Of a DNA stretch of 64,000 nt, positions 55,736-64,000 are shown in pieces (the first letter of the stretch is position 1; each line of letters starts with the position of its first letter). Below the pieces are notes generated by a model, which saw only the letters and a program-made list of their open reading frames with translations, was not told the origin of the DNA and made no database searches. Position numbers and translations under genes: made by a program. Origin of the DNA: Patellaria atrata CBS 101060 (Eukaryota). The DNA is taken from positions 376,123 to 440,122 of the forward strand of contig MU006102.1 in NCBI GenBank assembly GCA_010093705.1, read 5' to 3'.

Positions 55736-57592
55736 TCATTTGGATCCAGAACTCTTGAGCCATGAAAACGCCGACGCTCCTCCTACAGGATTCGCATCTC
55801 TCGTCTTGGGCACGTTCAAGTCCTTCTCCTTCTCCCTTTCCCTCAAGATAGACGCTTTCGCCATACCGATAGGTTCTCCTTTCCCACCTTCCTCCCCAAG
55901 GCCAGCCCCACTCCTCCTCCTACCCTCATCGAAAAATCTACTCTGTCCGGTCAAGCTTGGACTACTCGCCGCAGCGGGTTGCTTCGCAGGCTCTGTCGAA
56001 GTTACTGTCCTCGAAGGAGCCTTCAACGGTCTAAGAACTTTGATGCCTGATTCTCGTCGTTGGTATGTTGGAGCACCACCTTTTGAAATAGCCGCCCAAT
56101 CCATTTGACTGGATGGTTTTGCATCGCTATCACGACGCCAATTTCCCCAGATTGCAGAACCTGACCTTGATGGCGTGCCTGTGCGAGGGCTATCAGTCTC
56201 CTTAGGATCGGGGCGAGTGTTAAGAAGGCCGAGTGAGGGACGTTGCTCGAGAGCTGGGCGGGTAGTTGGGGGAACGAAATTGGATTCTTGAGTGGTATTA
56301 GGAGCAGATACTCTTTCTGACTGTAACGGTCGGGGTTTCCCAGTGGATATGGATGGTGCGGTGCTGGGAAGTGTATCAGGTTCCGAGGCACCAGTAGAAG
56401 AGGTTCCTTTTTCGGAAGCGTCGGTACTACCTTGAGATATAGAGGAACCGGATGGGGCAATAGGGCCCTTCGGCACAGAGTCCTGGAGGAGATCGGTGTT
56501 GGAGAGGTGTAATGTTTTGAATACACGTTCATCTTCAGGTATCACGAATGGAACGGAGAGCTTACTGCCCTCGTCATCAAAAAGTGTAAGACGGTTAGAA
56601 GAAAACAGGATGTCAGCATTGTGGCCGCGGAGCATATCACTCCCTAGGAAAACTTGTATTTCTTTAGAACCTGAATCTGACTCATCGCGATCGATGACAG
56701 TTAGGGAGACGGAGACAGAGGGAAGTTGAGGCGCGGCGCTGTTGGAGCGAGATGATGACGGTTGCGGGATAGCTTCCGGGAGATACATTGTAAGCTGTAC
56801 CTTACGAGAACCGTCTCCTTGCTGGTATATGCGGTTTTGAAACCCAAGCCGGACAACGAGATGCAGATCGATATAAGACACGCAAGAGCCCGTGCATACA
56901 GCAGCATAGAGTAAAGAAGAGTGTTTGAAATTGTTATCGAGCCAACAGCGAATGATAGAAGGAACAGGACCCAAAATCAACTGACCTGGAGCAAGGGAAG
57001 GAGGTTCTACCGGAGAGTTGTTGGAGTGGGATAAGCCATAATTTGTATCTAGACCCAAACTATTGGCACGACCGGATGTTAGAGAGTGGACAGAATGCCC
57101 AGCAGAACTTTGTCTCCCATCTGACTTATGGGAATAGGTTCGTTCAGACATTGGATGTCCTCCCAGTCCACTTCCAGTTCGTGGAATAAGATCGACAGAA
57201 GATCTGGATGTGTGAGCCCAGTGACCTTGATTAGCGCTTTCATCGAAACGGACACTATTAGCCCTAGATGTAGCACCAATCCGGCGCGGTTCCTCATCAG
57301 CGTCAAGATGTAAGCTATTAATAAGATTGGTATGTTGATCATCGAAATTGCTAAATGCGTCAGCTGGAGGCTGCTGTACCGGTCCTTGTTGTGGAGTGCC
57401 ACTCAGAATAGAGGGGAACGGTGATGATGTTCCCCAAACTGATTTCATTCTAGCGTCGTTATCTTGCCGTCTCTCTAATCTCTCAAGTCTCTCTGAGTGT
57501 TCCACCTGCGTTTGCTGTAGGTGAAGCAAATCCGCCTGAACACGCCAGAGATCGTTTTGAGGTGTAAATGCAGCACTCTGCGGATCCATCAT
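55736..57592 (-). CDS. Conserved fungal protein: N-terminal coiled coil, central aspartyl-protease-like motif, long disordered tails
   Basis: Long intronless ORF (625 aa from the upstream TTG; ATG at 57592). Motifs RLERLERRQDNDARMKSVWG, SRANSVRFDESA, LGPVPSIIRCWL, LLYAAVCTGS, FLGSDML, NPVGGASAFSWL. Confidence 0.85.
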   Translation of the reverse strand: MMDPQSAAFTPQNDLWRVQADLLHLQQTQVEHSERLERLERRQDNDARMKSVWGTSSPFPSILSGTPQQGPVQQPPADAFSNFDDQHTNLINSLHLDADEEPRRIGATSRANSVRFDESANQGHWAHTSRSSVDLIPRTGSGLGGHPMSERTYSHKSDGRQSSAGHSVHSLTSGRANSLGLDTNYGLSHSNNSPVEPPSLAPGQLILGPVPSIIRCWLDNNFKHSSLLYAAVCTGSCVSYIDLHLVVRLGFQNRIYQQGDGSRKVQLTMYLPEAIPQPSSSRSNSAAPQLPSVSVSLTVIDRDESDSGSKEIQVFLGSDMLRGHNADILFSSNRLTLFDDEGSKLSVPFVIPEDERVFKTLHLSNTDLLQDSVPKGPIAPSGSSISQGSTDASEKGTSSTGASEPDTLPSTAPSISTGKPRPLQSERVSAPNTTQESNFVPPTTRPALEQRPSLGLLNTRPDPKETDSPRTGTPSRSGSAIWGNWRRDSDAKPSSQMDWAAISKGGAPTYQRRESGIKVLRPLKAPSRTVTSTEPAKQPAAASSPSLTGQSRFFDEGRRRSGAGLGEEGGKGEPIGMAKASILREREKEKDLNVPKTRDANPVGGASAFSWLKSSGSK

Positions 57593-58398
57593 CCCAGTGG
57601 TGTAGGAGTCCAAATACCAGGATTGATTCTAATCGACCTTTCTTAATGTCCCTGGCTCGCACCGTCCCAACACCTCCCCACCTTCACCTAGTCCAGAGGA
57701 CAACGGGGACAACCGTTTGCCCTCCACCGTGAAGCCCCAGTATAATTTGGATGATCTTGATCCACAGAATCCGTATTATGTTTCCGACAAGAGTGAAGGT
57801 CTGTATTGCGGAGTCAAAGGAGTAGAAGTTATCGCCGCCGCCGCAGATACTGGATTCTGGGGTCAAGATCGTTCTATATCAGATAAAAACTGACAGCGTC
57901 TGTTTCACTGTTTGACGAGCAAGTGAAAACAGATGGCCAAGCTGTAACCAGTGCCTGAATAACACAGAGCGGAAGTTAAACTCAAGGCTTGATTGAGGTG
58001 GTGAGGCTAAGCGGCGAATTCGAGGCGAGGGGTTTCTTGTAGAGATGCGAGCAGAGGTTCACAAATTCAATCTGATGAGACGTTTGAGGACAACCAGTAG
58101 AGGGAAGGATATGAGAGAAGATGTGACATTCAGGTATCGTTGTAAGGGAATGACGATTGTGTATGGTAGAGTTGTATCTTTAACGTGGAGTGATCCATGA
58201 ACATGGAAGGTAATAAATGATTGATTACTGTATAGAACTAAGGTAGAACTAGTTCTAGTTCTAAAGGTAGCGCCGCCGCCGAGCCATGCCAGTCCCACTT
58301 CTACTCCTTATCTTTGCAGAGATATAAGAAAAATACTTTATTTATTCCAAGATTGCTATACATATGTTAAAAGGCGCTAAAGATATATCTATAACGCC

Positions 58399-58437
58399 TA
58401 TAGTAGCCGTATAGCAGCCGTATAGCAGCCGCAATAG
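58399..58437. repeat. 11-bp tandem repeat (TATAGCAGCCG)x~3
   Basis: Seen directly: tatagtagccgtatagcagccgtatagcagccgcaatag. Confidence 0.7.
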
Positions 58438-60309
58438 TCTTACCTTGCTGGGAAAAATGTCCCTTAATCAGAGCTGGTGATTCAATTTACACTCCACCTT
58501 TATACTAAATTACCATAATTTAAGGTAAATACTGGTACTTTCTGATCTATTTTAGTCATCCTCTGCCATTCCATTAATCTGTCACTCATTCCTTTTTTTC
58601 CAGTTTCTCTTTTCTAATGAGATATGAACCTTCAACTGCACCAGACTGTATCTCTACACCCTGCTTTTCAATAATCGATTCTAGGCTGTATTAGAAAACA
58701 ATTGGACATTCATCAGCTACTTCCTGGGTTACGTCCTGCAGTATTTACCGTCTCGCATGTTTATCAATACTCTATGCGCTGCATTAGACGCCTTTGCCAT
58801 CACTTTGCTTCTTTCTTCTGACTCAACTGACGAATAAAACACTAAACGGTCAAACGTATTCCACTGTTGGTTTCTCATGGTGAAAAATATCCTATATGCT
58901 AAATTATCTCCATCACTCGTTTTCTCTGTAAAGATGAAGAAATCTTTCAAATAAAGAGTCAAGTGTGATGATGGTTTGGTTAGGGGGACCCCTCAGACGA
59001 CGTTGGCATGGCAGGTCTTTACAGAATAACGAACTATCAGACACGTGGAGATATCTTATCGAGAGGTAGGAGATCGACATTTGCAACAATATCCCCGTCT
59101 TCATTAGTTCGGATGATGCTGCCGTCTTGGACCGGGTGGCTTATGAGATAAGTAGCTGATACCGGTACATATATATATACTTCCTACAATCAATCCACCA
59201 ACCTGCGCAGCGAATACACAACCTCGAATTGTGGCCGCACGCAAAGCGATACGTAGCCATATCAGTCACATGTGCCAAGCATTGCTCGAGCAACTCAGAT
59301 AGTGATCCAGACCATAAAACCTATAGAGTTCGCACAAAAGTTATCACTCGGTGTTATTCCTCCCATTTCTAGACCATGGTCTACCCAATCGAGGACCAGC
59401 AGCTAAGTGGAAATCTCCATAATCTCTCCTGAGAAAACTTCCGAAAAGCGCGATACGAACCCGTTCCACAGGACAAAATCTTGTATTTCTTCTGTCCATT
59501 TGCATAACCCTATCTTGGGTGGCCTGGAATACAAGAACTCTAGTGGAGATCAACCCTCTCTCCCAATGAAACCCCTTGTGAAGCATGCTTCCACTTCCAA
59601 GTATTAGAACCAGGTCTCTCCTTTACCATCACGCCCACATGCAAATTGTCAGATGCTCAAGATGAACCACCCAGTCAACAGGCAAGCAGGGAGCTCATGA
59701 ACGCCATTATCGATCGTCAGCAGCACTCTAGACCTACCCATATTCAATCACTTGGCGAACGCCCTTCATCCCACACGACCAACACTAAACCTCCCTCTCT
59801 ATGCGTATACGAGATCCCTCACATTTCTGAATATATCATTTCAATCCGATCTGATTCGATTTAAATGCGACCAAGGTGGATGAGAAAGCAAGAAAGCAGC
59901 AACTACGTATATTACTGTATCACGTCTCGGATTGGAGTGTCGTAGAATACTGGAAGGAGCAAAGTACAAAGGAGGGAGGAAAAGGGAAGTGGATTATATG
60001 ATATGATAAATACCTTAAATGACTATTGTTGAGGAAGGGAATAGGAGTTTGGGTTCTATACTATATATACTAGGTAGCAGTCTACGCTTATTCCTCGATC
60101 CATAGGTAAGGTAGGGTTAGAAACCAATACATCTGTTTCTTCTTACCCTTGATCCATGTCTAGTGGGGCGATGGGATGTGATAGGGACACGTGAAAGCGG
60201 GGGGTGGAGGGAGGGATGGGATGTGGTGTAGACTGGGGCACTGGGAATGGCGTTTATGAGGGGGTTAAGATGTGAACGAGAGGACTATATCAGACCTGAA
60301 TGACACGGC

Positions 60310-60560
60310 TATACAAATGATACGCTCGTGGAAAATAAGACGCTTGTGCAGAATGAGTAAGATATACAGGATGAGTGGACCGTATAGAATGAGTAGACTG
60401 TACAGAATAAAACGACTAAACATAATAAGACGAGTATGCAGAATGATACGAATGTACAGAATAATACGACTGTACAGAATAATACGTCTGTACAGAATAA
60501 GATAACGGTACAGAATAAGATAACGGTACAGAAATAAGATAACTGTACAGAATAACACGC
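60310..60560. repeat. Degenerate 18-bp minisatellite (consensus ~GTACAGAATAAKAYRACT), roughly a dozen copies
   Basis: Recurrent TGTACAGAATAA units at ~18-bp spacing, giving hexapeptide repeats (LYRIIR, YRYLIL, FCTVIL) in shadow ORFs. Confidence 0.85.
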
Positions 60561-60766
60561 ATACACAAAACTCGCAGCCTATACCGTACAAACAGCCACA
60601 GTGCAGACAACCGGAGCGAACGGTCGAAACGATCGCGTACACTGGATGATGTACCAACGCACGGTTCGGCAAGACATTGTGAATCGCGCAAAAGAGACAA
60701 TGCGGCAAGGTCAAACATCTATAGCGTAATCTATCTAATATGTGAGCTGAGGGACGAAACAGTCTT

Positions 60767-62523
60767 CTAAACCCCCAAATCCCAATCCTCCCCCTTCATC
60801 CATTTGCTCCTATCATCCCACGCCGGCAAAACCAGCTCCATCGCCTCCGGTGCATCTCCTGGCCATTCCTTCCTCACCAGCTCCATCAACCTACTAAAGA
60901 GCCCCGAATACGCAGGCCCGTTGAAATGTAATCCATCATGCAGCAATTGCTTCAACTTCAGATTCTGCGGGAGTTTGCGGCTACCAGGTAAGGGTGAGTT
61001 GATCTGCGGCTGGGGAGGAGCGTGATACCCCGCTGATGCCATCATCAAGGCCCATAGGTCGAGCACACGGACGTCTGCGCCTTGCTTCCTCACCTCCTCG
61101 CCCACTTCTCTTACCGCTTCGGCGTACTGTGCCGTTGTTGTGGAGTTGCGCCTCATTTCTCCATCTGTGGAGAGGACTACAAACTGCCACTCATCAACTG
61201 GTGGTGGGGTGATAAGGATGATGTGCGGGTTATGTGCAAGAAGCGCGGGATGAGTGAGGATAGCACGGAGGTTCTGCTTGTAGAGGTCGAGGGGGATACT
61301 CTGAAGCGGGCGGCCATCGGGATCGGGAGGGTATGGCAAGGCCGCATCGTTGGCGCCGAAGAAGATGGTCTAGACGGATTAGTGTTTCCTTCATGGAAGG
61401 TGATGAAGCGGATTAGTAGCGTGGAGGAAGTGGTGACGGAGATGGTCAAGGGCGAAGAGGTAGGGGTGGGGCGGGACGGAGTAGAGCGGAGGGAGAGATA
61501 GAGAAGACGGAGAGAGGCGGAGTTTGAGGTGGGAAATAATGAGTACTCTAGAAGTATTGGGATAGCATAGTATAGGGGGGGAAAGGCTAGTTGGAAGAAT
61601 ATGCAGAGTTGAGAAGTGGGGCGGATAACAAACGACATGCGATAGAAGTTAGGAAGGATCTGCAACTGTACCATAAAGAGAATCTTTGTGTGCGAAGGCG
61701 GTGGAAGGATTTTAGGGAGGATCTTAAGGGCCTGGACCGTGTTGTAGCCACTAGTGGTCTAAGTTATCGTGATTTAGGGTGTGAAGGAGTTCTAGAGTGT
61801 ACCTGAAGCCCCGGTTGACTACATCGAGGCGGCGACTGTATGCTGTCTCATGTTAATTTTCAATGCATACTTGTCGAGATGAACAATTCCAAGTTGCGTC
61901 GGTCTCAAATTCAATGAACCATCGTTCCCTTTGCCCTGACTAGCATTCCTGGCTTACTGTATGTCGGTAGCGTAGAACCTAGTGTCCATTTGACAGAACC
62001 ATATCGTGATACTTCAATGGTGTGTACTTGTGCAAGCAAACCGGAAGTTCCCGATATCAACACACAGTAAGCCGGGAATGTCGTGACCTCTGACAGCAGA
62101 TAGTTAAGAGAAGATCAAACAAGATTGAAATCGTTGTGCGTCCGAATTGACTCTGTGGTCGAAATTGAACCATTTTTGAAATGATATTTGATTGATCTCG
62201 ATCTTGTTTTCTACGCAAGTTGACCTAGTAGGGTAGGATGGAAATGCAAATGAAGGATCGGGATAAATGCTTGATACGAGACTCAGAGCGTAGTACAGTA
62301 CATTGCGGACCTGAGGGGAGGACAATACTCGATTTGAAAGGGGGTGCATACAGAAGTGCAGGCTGGCAAGGAGGATGTTCGAGAGTATGGAAATCATAGT
62401 TCTAACGTTGAATGAGATAAGGCCCTCACCTTCCTGAAGAGCTGGAGCAAATGCAAAGCCTCGCCCTTGGACGTCAGAGAATTGCGTGATTGAATCCCCG
62501 AAGAGGATGAATTGAGGATACAT
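60767..62523 (-). CDS. IAH1: Isoamyl-acetate-hydrolysing esterase-like SGNH/GDSL hydrolase (exons 62523-62430, 61842-61803, 61750-61672, 61369-60767)
   Basis: Spliced FILFGDSITQ...AYSRRLDVVNRGFSGYNT...TIFFGANDA...LITPPP...DGLHF. All four SGNH blocks are present and the splice phases are consistent. Confidence 0.93.
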
Positions 62524-62716
62524 GCCCGGATGATTCCTGTCTTGCTTATTACCGAGATCTTCTCGCCCCGAGTACAGTACTTGAAGGAAGCTGAAGCAAG
62601 GCGGGACAAGATGGAAGATGTGCGGCTTGAGGTTACCACGATGGATTGAAGTCCAGGTAAGTTTTCGAAAGGTCTAGATGTTTCACGCGGGATTAATATT
62701 GCATGAAGATGATGCT

Positions 62717-62770
62717 GGTGGATGGGTGGATGGGTGGATGGGTGGACGGGATGGGTGGTTGGCGGTGGTT
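62717..62770. repeat. G-rich 8-bp tandem repeat (GGATGGGT)n upstream of IAH1
   Basis: Seen directly: ggtggatgggtggatgggtggatgggtggacgggatgggtgg. Confidence 0.75.
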
Positions 62771-64000
62771 GCTGATGGTTAATGATGGTTGGTGGTGATG
62801 GGCACGTTTTTATGCCTTTCCATCAGTTCATCACTGAATGTTACATGAGAAATTCCCGACACTTTGGTATCTCCTACGGGGAAGGAGCGGAGGAGGCAAG
62901 CACGACAAGGCGGGGAGGAAGCTTGATACGGGATATCGTTAGGGTTCACCCTTGACCAGATGAAGTAAGATATATTCCGTAGGCGAGAGGACTGCACGTG
63001 ACACGCGTAAATCTCGAGAATAAGGCAATCCTTCATGAACAACTTTCTGTCACTTTGGATGTGTCGATCCCGAGGACATCATTCTAAGCATCCTGCAGCT
63101 GTACTCATCGCGTATTTTGTAGAGAGATCTACGTAAATGCGGAGGGAACATCTGCAACCTGCAAGAGAACATTAAGCCCTTGATGTACAGTACCGTTTAG
63201 AGAGTACTGCATGTTACTGCACTGTACTGGGCTGAGCCACAATACTCACAGCTGTAGTACATACTGTATGTTCAAAGGTTAGGGGGGAAGTGTACGGAGG
63301 TACCTCCAAATGACACACCGTCGAAATGACATCTTTACTATAATAACACCTTACTTCTGCAGTGCGTGTCAGTAAGCTTGTTTGTGCCTTTTGAGGTGTT
63401 GTAGATACTGTACCGTACGAGTAGTGGAAGAAGCTGCTTCGGCAACCCAAAGAAACCTCCAACCGCTGTACAGAATCATATGCCAAAAGGGTAGAAATGA
63501 GTTGGCGGTGACAATATTAGAACTTAATTTTGACATTCCATACAACGCAAGACTACTGCACGAATACCGTATGCAGGGTCCTTGATGAGATCTTTATTTC
63601 CAACCGCTTACTTCGTCTACTACGGGATAGCTAGTAACATCTTCACTATTCACTACATCTCTCATCATTGTACGGTGGAAGTTACACACTTATTAGAGAT
63701 GGACTCGAACTTCATCGAAAGGCAGGTCTTCGATTATCGAGTCTTGCGTGGGTGCATCGAGGCATGTTAATCAAAGTAGATGTCTCCTTTAAGGTGATGC
63801 CTCGGGTCGATAACTTGCTTTAGTGAGTGGTCATCTGAACAGGGCGAGTCAAAAACCTCATCCAAAACAAGTTACCGGTACAACCTGCTTTTGTTCCTTA
63901 GCCGAGAGCGAACATCTTCTATCAAACATGCAAATCATCGCTTTCTGTCATACTCTGTCCCCTACACCACTGCTGCATCTCAACAATTTTCGTCCTGGGA

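Noticed and set aside
60265..60718. Hydrophobic repeat ORFs (149 aa and others) and a CRISPR-like appearance
   Set aside because: By-products of the 18-bp minisatellite; no unique spacers, eukaryotic context.

Overview
Intron-containing fungal genomic DNA, most consistent with a filamentous ascomycete (Pezizomycotina): velvet, HET and Pth11-like genes, short GT-AG introns with CTRAY branch points. Recognisable spliced genes in order: Bin3/MEPCE-type methyltransferase, VelC-type velvet regulator, CTP synthase (URA7), ADP-ribose pyrophosphatase (Nudix), BAR-SH3 protein, a decayed orphan/HET island (16-22 kb), ALG5, an Est1/SMG7-like protein inside about 12 kb of gene-poor DNA, an MFS transporter, ferrochelatase, an ATR1-like MFS, TMEM184/OSTA, an Acinus-like SAP protein, a doubly frameshifted DHA2 MFS pseudogene, a Pth11-like receptor, a conserved protein with a degenerate aspartyl-protease-like motif, and an IAH1-like SGNH esterase. 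The most striking observation is a positionally unambiguous 72-nt AT-AC intron with U2-type signals in CTP synthase. Other leads are a long hairpin in a 587-nt IAH1 intron, an AT-hook upstream ORF overlapping the Nudix start, a stop-free 252-nt intron, and a weak a-factor-like micro-ORF near the Est1-like gene. No tRNA, rRNA, CRISPR or intact transposon was seen. All calls come from manual reading; no database searches were run.
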